NCBI GenBank assembly: GCA_040954595.2 | Contig: CM082582.2 | Span: forward strand, 3,642,303-3,706,302 | Direction: 5' to 3' | From: Balanoglossus misakiensis | Taxonomy: Eukaryota > Animalia > Hemichordata | DNA length: 64,000 bases | Part shown: one piece after another, positions 28,101 through 43,100 of the stretch | How the letters are laid out: each line of letters starts with the position of its first letter | How positions within the stretch are numbered: the first letter of the stretch is position 1 | Notes under the pieces: generated by a model | Database searches by the model: none | The model's input: the letters and a program-made list of their open reading frames with translations, nothing else | What the model was told of the DNA's origin: nothing | Position numbers and translations under genes: made by a program

Positions 28101-31100
28101 ATTAAAGAAATTCTTCTCGATAAAACTTCATGAAAAATCACATGTAGTACATTCATAGTACCAGTAATGTGCCTGGGGTGAAATAATTGTCAGAAATGGG
28201 TTGCAAGTTGCTAAACTTTCGTTCTGAAAAAAGTTGAAAAACTGTATGCAAATGAGGAATTCAAACGTTACTGGCCAGTTCAAGTGTTTGCATTGCATAA
28301 TCCCCTGCTGTTTAATTACCCCCCCTTTGCCCTGCCTGATGTAAAATGGAGTATGAAATGTCACTGGAGGTGGTTTCATCATCAAACCATATCAGTCAAG
28401 CCTACTTGAAACAAACTCTATTGCTTGAGTAAATAACATTGTACTACAACATAAGAGTACACTCTTCAAGAATGACCTGAACTTGTTCAGATAACCAATA
28501 GGGGGACAACTCTCCACAGTCGGTTGATCACCAGCTATTCTGAAACTACCAGAGGCTATATGTTGAATGACAGGGCATTGTTGTCCAATAATCTCAAACT
28601 CTCCCACCAGGGATGATAACCTACTTAACTGTAATTAAGGTGGGTTTGACAAATTATCACAATGTTCAATAATACAGTGGGGCACTTTTATGAAAAAAAA
28701 TCTCATTAGGAACCGGGATGAATGCAAATAATTGTGAAATTAATTACTGGTGTCACTTTGCCAGCCCATAATCCCATGATCCAATGCTTGACTGAACTCT
28801 CAACACTTGCAGAAAAACAAACACAAGAAGTGAACCTTCAGTTCTTTACTGGAGCTTTAACCCTTACACTTAAAGTACTGAAAAAACTCTTAACCTACAT
28901 GTATAACCATTAATCGGTTTTAGTCTGGAGATAATTAGTTGGTTAATTACAACTGACAATGTCTCTGTTTCGACTCCTCTCAGTTTACTAAAATTGTATC
29001 TCATAGATTTCTGATAAATGCCAAATTTACATGTCCAGAAAGCATTATTCTTTTCATTGTAGCAAGCCATAAACACACACACATATAATAATATACTAAG
29101 TATATCAAATTCATATATTCATGTCAATCTGTTGCTTCTTGTTCTCACAGAATAGGAGTAACTGAATATCAAGAAACCACTCATATGAACACATAATACT
29201 ATAGGTACACACATACCTGAGAATTTAGGAAGTATCGACAGTATTCAATAAAACACCAGTGAAGTTGTTGAAGCCAGCGGACCAAACTGACAATGCCACC
29301 AATCCAACTGTACTGCTCAAATCACCAACATTGGTATGTTGTACATGTGTACATTACATAAAGTGCAGCACATTGACAAAGACATTCAGATATATGACCT
29401 TTTGTAATAACATATTCCAGTATGAAGAAAGAATCAATGGTAAGAATTCCAGGATTTCCAAAAACTACAGGTGGAATAGCTTTGGTTGAACAAGCGTTAA
29501 TAATAAGGGAATGTCTTGCATGTCCAATAGAAGAATGGAATCAACCAATTCACTCAACTTTGTTTGAAAGACACTTATCAAGTCAAAGACTAGACAACTA
29601 TCTTCTAGCTTTATTTTTAAGCAATGAATTTTATGTCTTCACATAAATTATATTGTGAATGGGCAAGACTCTACTACTAGTACTAGACTTTACAGTGATT
29701 ACTTTAATAATGGACTACAGTTCCATTCTACAAGCAAGTTGACACAGTCTGAAGAGTATAACATTTGAGTATTGCCAGCGAGGGGGCTGTGACAGAGCCC
29801 AAGAAAATTAGTACAACAATACTGTTGTTCAAATGTTGGTAATAAATGTTTCAGAAATAAAATTAGAAGATGGGAGTGACTGAGAGTTGGTATAGTGTGA
29901 AGTCTAATGTGTTGCGACTGATGAATTTTGATCAGCAGTTAACCCATTCACCACAATGGTTTGGTCCAAATCTATTGTTTTCTATGATAAACCTGGACCT
30001 CTGCAAAGGGAACTGAGGGTGAAAGGGTTAAATTGTGATACACAAATCACTGATCTGGTGAACTGTCTGTTCCAGTTTAATACTGGTGCTTCTTTAGCAC
30101 ATTTTATTATCTGCATCTCACCAAACAAAAGATTGACTACTTGACCAACAATAGTCTACTAAACTTGACTAACTCATAAATGGTTTCCCAACTTTTCAAA
30201 CAGCTTGATTACAAAGATGTGTACAGTTTAACAAATTCTACCACATTAACTTAATGTTGGCGGCTTGCTAGAGCAACTCAAACATCAGTCAGTGGTTTAA
30301 CATCTTTTGTTTTAATACAAATGCAAAACACCAAGTAAGCTCTTACTGTAGACCCTCACACATACTGTAAAACGGGTTATTTTCGTGAGCTATAAATTTT
30401 CGCGAAATACGAGAGCCAAAATAATGTGAAAATAAAAAGTCGCGTAAAATGTCTTCAGAGATAACGATGCAGTTAGTGAAATACTACAACGCGAAAAATT
30501 AATCCTCGCGTAACAGTTGCCTCTTTTGAAATTGCGAAAATAACCTGTTTTACAGTACATACACAAATACATGCAGTAGTGGATTTAATACCACTAGTTT
30601 TACTGCCAGCCAAGTGTGCTGTTGTCAAAAGTCCTCCAGCAACAATAGTGGACAAAATGGGCTCTTTATAGCAATACAGTTTACAACTTTAGTTGATTAT
30701 CTTGTCACACACATACACAGACAAGTTGTAAAGCTTTTGGAGCTACTTTATTTTGCCACCCAGTTATTTGTTATGACATTTACCTGTGTACAGAAATCTC
30801 ACCACACAGGTGTTATGGGACAATGTACAGCGTATAACACAAAAATATACTTTGTCCATGAAAATTAGTGTCAACTGCTTAGTAACAAAATTTGTTTTGT
30901 AATTAATAATATTTGTAACAGTAGTAAGATTAATAATAGACTTTTGACATTTTTAGATATGATAACAAAATTCAAAAGCCACTTATGATGGTAATATCAC
31001 ACAATTTAAATATGCGGTATTAAGTTTCCTAGTAATGAAATAACATCACATCTCAAATTTCACAAGATTTATGAGAATACATGTATCTTGCAATGGAGTG

Positions 31101-34100
31101 CTTAACCCTATCACGGTTCGGTCTAAACCCATTGTTTTCTCTGGACCTATAAAGAGGGAACTGAAGGTCAAAGGGTTAAATATACCAGTACTTCAAAATG
31201 TTTCTTTTAACCCCTTCACCACCATGGTTCATTCCAAATCCAATTGTTTTCTATGCCAAGGTTGGACCTCTAAAGAGGGAACTAGGGGTGAAAGGGTTAA
31301 AAAATATGAGCACCATTCAAATTATCGGTGCGGATTGTACTTACAACACTGGACAGATCAATCATTTCTGTGCCACTCTCCACATTGTCGGTTAAAGGAC
31401 GGACATCCTGTTTTCGATCAGACACCCAGCTCATGATGGCAGCCATATTGAAGAACACCGAAACTGCCTCCGCTACACTGACCAGCAGATCCTTGGCCAC
31501 CAACAGCAAATACAAGGACATCTTATCATGGTAACGTCCAAAGCCAGACTGGTGAAATCCCAAGAATGATACACTGCGATTTCTACCAGTACCACACCAC
31601 ACAGGATTCTCTAGAGACCGGTGGTCCAGTGGATATTATTGATGGTGTTAAGGACACATCATAAAGGACTAATGGTGACCCGGTCCCCTTAAGACTCAGA
31701 TAAACCTTCAGAGATCAGAGTTTTGGTTTCATTCAATGAGATCTCCCACAGACACTTAATTATTGTGTAGAGCAAAGGGGGGCATATGTAACCCCATGGT
31801 CACTGAACGATGTCTAAACTCAACCCTTCAACAGCAATGTTGGTGTGACCTTATATTAGAGGTCACTGGAACTGTCCAATGGTTGCTATGGACAGAAGAG
31901 CAAAATGGACATCAACTCAAGACTTGCTGTCATTGATCAAAAAGTTTATAATCAATAATAACAAAAATTGTTCAATAAATAAATACAATCATTTGGCATA
32001 TATCAAAATGAGGACTCTGGAAACTAAAATTCAAAACATTCAGACAAAAGTTTCCGGTGAAAGTTTGTTGACTAAAAAAGTTGGGAAAATTGTCCCAGAA
32101 ATACAATATTGATATTTGTTGACCATATAAATAAAAGTAATTGGACAAGTGATTCAAGAGAAAAAAGCCAAAAATTGAAATCATTTTCTTAGGGCTCACA
32201 CCTCCATGAACAGGACCATGCCAAACTCAGCCACCACATAGATGCCCATGCTTTGTACCTTTGTACCTGTATACATCCACACTGCAGAAGTATTTTGGAC
32301 CTGTACCCGTGACAAACTGGAACCACAAACCCTCCATCATAAACTATGATGGAACCCATTCTCTGACTTCCCATCATGCACCAGCTGTAGGTACGCAATA
32401 AATACTTCGTTCATTCTCATTGCAAACTTTCTGACTTTTCAAGTTGAAACACGATTTTGATTAATAACTATTACGTATTAAAAGCAAAAACTCATTGTTT
32501 TCTATAATATTTGTGAATACATATAAAAATTGCTAAAATAACGTGTACAGACATGGGTATAACTTCTAACAGATCAGAACCAGTCAAGTAGTGGAATTCA
32601 AATTGTGTGTTATCTCTTGGAAATTTGAAATAGAGTGGTCTAGAATCTAAACATCACATCACAAATCTCACTCCTTCTGATCTCTACATTTAAGAATTGT
32701 TAATCGTTCAACACTTACATGTATGCTACATTGGTGTATGTTTGACATCAGGTGAAAATGAAAAGTACACTACACCTGCACATAAACACTTCTGTTCAGT
32801 ATATGTAAACTTCACAAATACATACTTTTCAGACATAGTTCTTCTTGCACCTATGGGTTTCAACAGTATTTTTTCTGATCATCCATCAATTCATTTTTTA
32901 GGAAGAAAGGCTGGTATAACAGGTTGATAATGCGATACTTGCGATCGTTTTACTTGCCCAAGAATGATTCTATGGTGCTGTTTCCATTTTTAGCCTTCAA
33001 CACTGGAACACTATACAGAATGCCAATCCGGCTTACCTTAAAAGTTACAGTGCATTAAACTTAAACTCCACTGGGAATTTGTCTTCGCTATAGTGAATGC
33101 TACCACCATCAAGGCTGTACTCACAAAGGATGCGCTGTGCATATCATTGCACCAGTTCTGGTGAACTGCATACAAGTTATGATGTATGCAGATACATGTA
33201 CTGGCAGCACCTTGGTACACATTGAATGATGTCACATAAATATTGTCTTCAATGCTTTTGTATGGGACAGTGAAAGACAATAGAGAATTGAAGTCTTTGA
33301 CCGAGGAAGGTTGTATCAAAGATATCTACACGTGAAACCAAACACACGTGTCACAGACTACATGGTGTTAACACACCACACAATGTTCATACAGCAATAC
33401 CCTTCCACTCAAAACCAGACATAAATCTAAACCCCTCCCCACCCACTTTGGCTGCGGGGACTAAAATGAGTCTGTGGCCATTTTTAAGTAAATAGAAGAT
33501 AGCAAATAAGTATACATAAAACATTTCTAGTCAGAATTACTTAAAATTTTGATAAAATGTTGAGACAAAGAGGACATTTTCACCATAAACATAAGTGTAA
33601 TCACATACTGCAACTATTTTTTTCTGGATAGTGGATTTTCAAATATTACTAAGCATGTTTATATGAGGGCTTATATTTCATGAGGTCTGTGACCACATCA
33701 ACGACACATATGTCAATGGAAAGCCATGTTTGATATTGCGAGTGAAATCATTACAAAATATGAAAGTTAAAAGTGTGAATTACTTTCAAAAACTTGAAAT
33801 GTAAGAAACTTTCAATGTAACAATGAATAAATTCTGAAGTCTGAGTTGGATGATACCATAAATCTGCTAAAGGAAAAGTATAGACCAGTGTTCAGATAAT
33901 ATCACCAACTTACCACGAGTATTGCCACCAATGCACTAGGACAATAAATGAACATCTGGAGTTGTCGACAGATAATGATGTTCAGATCAGGGTAAAAGTT
34001 AGACATGTCGATACACTGTGATGGAATCTTCAGGCTAAGTTATCATTGAATCTTCAGAAATGAGATATGATGATCTAGTCGCACCTCATCAACTGTGACA

Positions 34101-37100
34101 ACTGAATGCTAAACACTGGGCAAGACAAACTGTGCAATCCATCAGTGGCAGAATTTGCAATTCTAATGAGTATCCTTGGTTCTTCCACTCTCTTCCTCAA
34201 CAATATACAGGCTGGCGGAGTTTGTTGTGACAACATGTTTTGACAAGCACACTACAGAAGTGGCCAATAGAGCTGTGCTGTAATATCTGTCATGACAATT
34301 GACATATGAACAAAACATTTGTGAAATGTACCGCTATAGCAAGTATCAAACTTCAAAGTTGACAGAGCAGTTAAACAAGTAAAACTAAAGGAGTTGATTT
34401 TTTATCATAAAAGATAAAAATATACTAAAATACACATGACAATTTCTAAATGTGCAAATTTGAAAAAGCTGGGATATTGAACTCATTACAGACCCATGAA
34501 ATGAATTCCAAAACTCTTACTGTTACAGAAACAGTTATTAATACTGAGAAGACATCAAGTGAAGTTACTAAGGAAAATATGACCCAAAATAGCCAAAAAT
34601 CTGGACTCATGCAAGCCAACGAGATCATGAAGGCCCTGTGCCCTCAACATCAGAGCTACATGTAAATAGCTGGAAAATGGTACTATACGAATGCCCATAC
34701 TTTTATCACATTTCGGCTCTTTATCACTTTTCTTTAGTGTCCATCCTGGCACATGTACATGACACTGAGACAGACAGACTCTACTGATCCCATAAGCTCT
34801 TTTTTGTACAAGTTTATACAATACACCAAATATAGTAGCTAAACCAAAGTTTGTAAACAATCGCTAACTTTGGCTAACAACACACACCATACAGTGCATG
34901 CAAAATGATCGCATAATCTGTTAGAGATTTGGTCAACCGGATTAAAATGGGGTTCACTTTTCTTTTCAACTCAACCTCTAACAGTATTAGTACAGTAACA
35001 GTATTATATCTAAGTTTCTTGCTGGAAACAATGATTGTGAGGTGCAGTGCTGTCATCAACTATAATGTTGTACACTTAGGAACATGATAATTTTATTTTG
35101 TGAATTTCATGCTCTGCAAGCCTTCATAGGTATTTCAACTATTTGTTACAGACTGGGAGGGCAAAGTGCACCCTACAGTGGGATAATTATAGAAATTGTG
35201 AAAAATGGTTGCAGAATGACCAACAGTAAACATAATCAATACTAACACTAACATTTAGCTACTTCCTTATCTGTTATGTGGAAACAGATATCTGACATGT
35301 ATTCAAGTGTTCATTTAGTACCTCATCAGAAACATATTTGATTTAAAATCAAGATTTACATTTAGTGATAATAAACCAAACATGTACATGTACAGCAGTA
35401 ATTAGGGACATTTCATTTGTAAAAGTAACATTGTAAGTGCTATTACTTCGAGATAAAAAATTCATGTATCTGGACGCCAGAACTTGCATCATTCTCCATA
35501 GAAGTTCAATTCAAAATAATCCAAACGAATATTTATAACATAATTTAATGCAGTGGTTGGGGTCAAATTATTATTTCATTGCAACAGATCATATCAGTTG
35601 ACTATATACCAAACATTTTTGGGTTGTAAAATATATTTGTCTTGACTCACCTTTGCTTTCAGTTTTAATAAGACAAGACCAATAATTGCAAGGCAGGTGA
35701 CAGCTACCACTAGAGACAACATTTCACACTTCTAGCAAAATCCCTGTGTTGGGGTCTACAGCCATTATCACACAGTGCGTGCTGGTTACCAACAAAACTA
35801 TTCCAAGTGACGTGATCACTGTGTCACAGATAAGCTGTAGAAAAATTCCAATCACCAAAACCTCCATGAAGTTGTGCAAACAACTCTGGTCAGTATTTGG
35901 ACACTGACCAAAACAGTGAGTTAAGCCTGTAAAGCATTATGGGTAATTACCATCAACACGGAGGACCCAGTGTCCACACTCTGACAAAGTCGGAATTCCA
36001 CTTGGTGTATAAGTGCATTGACGACACATTCCAACTGCATGATCACACTCATCAATTTCTTTGTTTTAATCCTAGCATATTAATGACAAAAGGAAATCAA
36101 GTCATTTGAATTCATAAGAGAAAGTTGGTACTATAGGTAATAAATAGCTGTACAACAGTTATCCAATAGTCTAATCAGTGAATGACAATACCACTTGTTA
36201 ATTGATCCAAGGGGATTTGCACATTCTAATCCTGTAATTTACCGGATGCCATTGCATTACTTTAATTATTTTGTCTTCTGAATTGTTCCACAGTCATTCA
36301 TTAGCAAGTACCCCGGTATGTGCCAGGGTTGTGATTTTCAACAACTGGACACTGGATAAATGTATCATTACTCCACCATAGAATTTAGTTAGCATGTGTT
36401 TCCATAAAAACTACCTCCCTATACTATTTGCATGAAAAGCACAGGGGGAGGGGTAAAATTTCTTTGGACAATTCACTGCATGACAGTTGATACACACACT
36501 GATACAGGGTACATGTTCAATAAAAACGATCAACAGTCACAGATGCTATATGTACTGGTGGTAGTACTACGTACATGTAATAATGGTATCACAAAAAGTA
36601 GAACTGAGACTAACCTGTTCAGGCCACAGCTTGAAGTTTATATTTGTTGGGACGAGACTATTGTTCCCTGACTCTACCTTCAGAATGATCACATGCAATC
36701 TTGTTGAAGGCTACATTTCGTCTGTATGGACTTCACTTTTGTTTTCATCTCTCGGAAAACTCACCGGGTTATTTCGTGGAGATTATCTACCCATTAATGG
36801 CATTTGTTCTGGTTGAGTGAGTCTCTTTCAAAACATTGTCTGCACACACAAAGTTGCTACAATGCCTTCCTCTTGCCAGTTGATCACGTCTCTTTCAATC
36901 TTACAGAATGCCAATAAATCCCAAACTAAATTTAGAAACTTCTCTGCTGCAAGCAAGTTTTCATTCTTATAGCATCTTCTGAGACAAACTATAAAATCAC
37001 TATGTGTTTCACCCTTCATATTAATAGCATTTTCATATTTGTCATGGCTGACTTGGAGTTGGACCAGCTTAATAATAATATATGGAACTTTTCATTTGTG

Positions 37101-40100
37101 AAATAGTGAATTAGAAAAAGTACGCAAGAATACAGATCAATGGAACCCATGAGACATACAAGGTTACATATGCTATATGGTATTGATCATTAAACTATAT
37201 GTATCTCTGCAGACCACACTCACAATGCAGGCTACTAGAACTGATATAATAATATCAGCAGTGTTTAATTTAGAATCAGGCAGGCCTGTAGAGTGCTTTC
37301 AGGTTCTGCAGACTTCAGGGATTTGAGTTTACAGAAATTTACAGAAACTAAAAACACTTCAAACTAAAAACAAGACAACGTATTATGCGTATTTCTCCAC
37401 AAGTCGACAAAACTTATTCATGGAAAGATCTCACTAAATTTTCCTTATATTGAGATCAATGAAGAAAATGTTAATTTAATACATACATGATACTCACTTT
37501 CTGTATCTTTTGATATCATCTGAGAATGACCATGCAGACATTTAGCATTCTGTAGCTTTACTGATGCAGCCACAACTTTAATCAAGCTAATATCTAGTCT
37601 GGCCTTTTCTAGCTAGTATACCCAAAGACCCGGCACAATGGCAGAGTTTAAGAAAAGTCAACCTTGCTAGATACTATTACTAGGCCAGTCATGACTATTC
37701 ACACTGGTATAATGCACAGGAGTGGACTCGATTACTTGCCAACCAACTATTTTTCACTCTCGTTTTCCCAAATCTATGTTTACACATTTGTTTGTTTGTT
37801 TGTCAGTTGTCAGCAGAAATGCTTCTATTTTTCTCTGTGATCTTATTCTGGCATGATTATTAAATATTCATGTTTAAATACCACTACATCTGTCGCGCCA
37901 TTACATGCTTAATTAATTCATGAAATTGTGTTGATCAGTACAACAGTTATTTTCTGTTCACAGAAAGGCCTATCACTCTACATAGAGGGCGTACTATCAT
38001 GACAACATGTGCATGTATACTGCAATGCAATAGATAACACAATAGGAGGATAAAGTCATTGTTAATGACCTAGTCCCCCCTGATATGAACGCTAAAGTCA
38101 TTAGTCAAGGCATGTCCGTAATATGGCACTGACAATGTTTCTAAACGAGTATTTGCCTGGTGGTACGAACATCCAAATGCACATTATCATAATCGCAATG
38201 AAAGATTGAAATCAGTTGTAAAACCTTTTGGGAAATTGATCTTGATGGAAAAATTACAACAAAATGGCTTCTACTGCTAGGTAGACATTTTGGATCATAC
38301 CAAGAAATAAACATACATGAATCTATACGACAGAGTACATTTTCGGTGTACAAAGTTTGAATGAAATCGATCCAGGCATATCTGAGTAATGACTGGATGG
38401 TCGGACACACGGACAGACTGGAGGTAACTAATCTGTTAGTCTACAACTTGGTAACCAGCTGACATTAATTGAACTCATTCAGAATGTAACATTTGTCACA
38501 AATTGTGTCTCTTTTGCAGCTTTGCCAAATCATGCTAAACTGCATATCTGTCTGCCCACTCAAGACTAGAGTCATGACATACATGTACATATAGTGACTC
38601 TATAATAGATTGTGACCTCTCTTGAAAATGTCACAAATGATATCAATACGCTGGGACAACACACTGTCACACAAGTACCATTATAATATACATGTATATA
38701 AACCAAGCACACCATCTATTCCTACACTTTCAAATATCTTTCTGGCATTTCAACAAGTCAGTATGTCTAAATATAGTAACACCTTTAACCCAAGAGTCTA
38801 GCCGGCCAGGCAAGCAGACACATAATGAGATGCTTGTCTAATTGACCTTTGCTTTGTTTTTATGAGTATTCCAGACAAAAACGTCTCATTATGATGACAT
38901 GATGACCCCTAATCATCAGTACAACTAGTACAATCCAGACTATTTTTAAACTCTGAAATAATAAATGTGCGAATATTATATGACTGGAGCCTGATGAGAC
39001 TGTCATGGAACAAAATCATTTCATTTGATAAATGTAAAACGTACTTCCTTTTCAATCAGTACTAAAATGAATCAATGTTTATATCAGGTACTATTCGAAT
39101 TTAGCAAAAATCATGACAGTACATAAGTTCAAAATTTGAAAAGAAGACTGGCCCCTCACCTTCTGAAACTCTTCCAGTGTAACATACTGCATCGTCTCGC
39201 AAACTTCAATTTAAACTGAGTCACAAGAAGGCTTCTCCCAGTGGAATGCACATATACTTAGAGACATGGGTGGAGGCAGTACTAAATCAAATGTGTGTGA
39301 CCATTAGCTGTCAAGTACATATATACACAAGGACAGAGCTTTGAAAACAGACTAGCATGCGGTATCACCCATAACAAGTAATCAAGCAAGTCAAGTTGAG
39401 AATACTTGTGCTGATAGTGATAGGGGGCATCTCCAAAGTTAACAGTTGTAGCAGACAAAATATCCTGGTGTTTAATGTAGCACAAATACAATTTAGTAAT
39501 ATATTGCTATACAAGTTGTACCTCATGGTAAAGGGACTAATTTATTACATGTACTAGTTAGGGTTTTTTTGCCATTATTTTGAATATAAGAAGCTCAAGC
39601 ATTCTGCAGATTGATATGTCATTTACCACTTTACTTAAATATGTACTGATATTACAATTGACTAGGCTGGTTACTGAGTTGAGATGTTCCCTCTCTCACA
39701 GATAACCATATCATCTTATTACCACACATATCAAATTCACTTGATACAGTCTCCTCACTTTACATGATACTGCACAGCACTCATATATTATGTGCCACTG
39801 TAATCACAGTTTATAACATCCTTGAGTAGGTGTACATTTTCAGTCCAGTTAAAATTAAATCAAGGTCAGACCAGAGTTGGACCAGTGTGGTCAGGGTACA
39901 ATCCATTGGCTTAAAACTTACCCCTTTCACCACTATGGTTTGCTCCACACCCATTGTTTTCTATGGTAAAGTTAGACCTCTATAGTGGGAAAGGGGGAGA
40001 AAGGCGTAATTTAAAGGTGCAATTTTCTATCCCTGGTTGTCGCATTTGTGCGTTCTCCTCCTAGTCACATATTGGCCTGATTACAATGTTTGGTTGATTT

Positions 40101-43100
40101 GTCATAATGATAATCACACACTGATCTCAATTGTTTTTCACCTTTCACCTGTAATAGCTAATCCTTGAAACAAACTCTCAGCTGTACCCTCTAACAAACA
40201 TGATTTTTAAAAGTTTTGGGTCATTTCGAGGATTTCTAAAAAAAAAATTCTCTGAGTCTATACACTTGCATGATGTAGTGTAGATAATTTTCTTGAGTCA
40301 CCAGTGAGTTTGTGGAGTCAGTGGCGCGTTATATAGGCTCAGAGGGCACACTGACTATCAGTACTGTACCCACCAGATGTTGTGGTACCCCTTATACTTG
40401 TACCATACAGGACTTCATTAAATATTTAGGTGATAGACCCATTAAAATTGGGTTTTGAAACAATGCATGCCATGCTCACAAGTCCTCATGACAAGTTGAG
40501 TTGATAATATTTGTTTGACATAATTTTTGAGGACAGGGTTCACCTTAATAGCCTAGTATCCAGCCATATTTTGTCCCCACGGCTAGATACTAGGCTAGGT
40601 TCACCTAAGATAATTTATGTGATAATGTCTGCCCTATACAACTAACTTACAAGTAGAGGTTGTACATGTGTAATTCAACTGAAAATAACCAATGTGGATT
40701 AAGAACATGTAGGATAATGTGGACATGCAACATTGGCCATGGACCCAGCTGACGTCATTCACAGTTGATTGATTAGAAATTTGGGGCATGGTCCCAAGGT
40801 CCTACATAGACCACTTCGCGGATAGCATAACGCAGGGTGTTGTGGGACAGTTTGCGTTCTGAGCGCGTGCGTTGGCCATGTACTAGACGCTATGTTGAAC
40901 GCAAATTATACCATCATGCATTGCAGATACCCTACCCGCGTAGTGGTCTATGTACATGCGCATCCACAGTCCCTCCACATGTTTCATCCAGGCAGACAGG
41001 CCTCAGCCTTAAGGAAAATACACAATAACCAAAAATAAGAACGCTGCAAATCCCACTGCAGACGCATCCATCCATACACACATACTGCTGATTAAATAAT
41101 CTTAGCAAGGCATACATGTATCAATTTTCTACAGTCTACTGTCTAGCACCTTATGTTGGATTTTCAAACTAGACAGAATAACACAAAAATATGACATAGT
41201 GTCATCCGCTCAGTAGTCAACAACGGATACTCTACAATACTCAATGTAACATTATCACCAAGGCCAGGATAAATGTTTATAATTGTACATTTACTAAACT
41301 CACCTTGACAATAACCTTGCCCATTTGAAGATCACCGTCTGTGACTGACTTCAAGGGGACACCACTATATCATACATTTTTTCAATGGGATGAATTTCCA
41401 TTCTGGTATGAAAATCCAATTTGCGCTACTTCACGATAGGAAGGCTTTGCCTGAATGCCTGACTATAATTGCGAAAATGTTTGTTTTGCTGAGCATTGTC
41501 TGCAAGTGGAGTTGGTGGAGGTCAGAGGTCTTTGCACCAAATTCATCTATGAGACATTCAATATAACACTTTCTTACCGACAACTACATGTACGCGTCAA
41601 ATAACTTTCAACTTCCACTGGAAACAGAGTTATCTGGGGAATGTTTCAGTCACATACATGGCTATCAGCAGAAATGTAAGTTATTAACTTACACCATGGA
41701 CGTACAATACAATGCAATGTCTTATGGAAGTTCTATCTTACATTTGTCTTATGCTCACACACAGATACATGTATTGACAAATATCACTTATCAGTGACAG
41801 AGTAGAACACTAAAATGGAAACTTTTCAGACCCATCAACTGATGAATCAGGAAAGGACTTCCACTGTCCCCATAGCCAGACAAGGATAGGCCAAACCCTA
41901 CACATCCTACAGAACACAGCAGATACAAGGATATAATGTTCTCATTTAAACACTAGGGGCTAACCTGAAGCACCTCAGAAGGGTTTTAAAATGGGTTTTA
42001 ACTGATGAATGTAATACATTTGTCTGAAGATTGGATTTCTAAAAGAAATGAACAAATTTGGTGGACTACAATCATACTCCCTGGAGCGAGAAGGACGAGC
42101 AACTATGGCAGAGATCAAAGAACTGCAGGATTTCCTGTGTGCAATGTACTTCTGCATGCTTTGAAATGCAACTGACTTGCATGGCCATACTGTCTGGATG
42201 CATCACAGGCCGTAAGACACACTAGCCCTGCCATGCCACGCTATGCAGAGCAGGCCGTTTCCATGCTCCGATTTTTTTTTCTATCTTCTTCAAAAGTATT
42301 GAGAGTTCAATAAAATCGTTTGGTTGAACTATTTTCCAATGCATTGGTCCTGGAATGCACTACTTACTTAGTATTCTGAAATTTTCTTTCAAACAAATAA
42401 ATATCGGAAAAAACTTACAGTAAGCGAGAACTTCTGAAATGAACATGCTCACTTTTTCACAGATTCCATCGGCTGAAATTTTATTGAGGATTTTGACTTA
42501 TTTAGCATTTTGGTTCACCAATAGTTTAGTTTTACTTTTATAATGACTGTGTACTTTTTATATCAATTTTGTCAGATTCATTGTGATATTGTCAGTGTCT
42601 ACATAAAACAACGGTAAGGTCAAAGGTCAAAAACTATGGATTCCCCGAGTCCATTACTATACTCAAGTCCAATAACCCAGGTGTCATTGAACTCAAAATC
42701 CTCATTTGCATATTGTTAATGATTTCTGTTACTGAGAATGATTGTATTACAGAACTCTATAGGTATAATAACACGGAAAATAGGAAAATGGCCATCTAGT
42801 ACATGTACCTGTAAATGGGAATGGGATCATCAGGTGATAAATGTGTGCAAGAGAATATCTCTACACATGAAAAACCGCAATTGTGTGTCCTTTTTTCGCT
42901 CCATGCCAGGGTCAATGTTACAACCTTAACACCGGAGCACTACGCCATGACCACGGATTGACAACAAGGCACAAAAACAACACTGTGTAAATATGTACTA
43001 GCATATCATGTGTTTTGCATTTATGATGACGTACATGTACTGTACTGTAGCTGTGTCAGAGTACACATTGCGTTGGGATTGTTGATTACGCCATAATCAA

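Noticed and set aside
37498-37545. Further GTGAGT/GTAAG donors in intron 1 (37497, also ~33037, ~29217, ~43926)
   Set aside because: No ATG-initiated phase-0 open frame upstream; they may be non-coding or chance matches.
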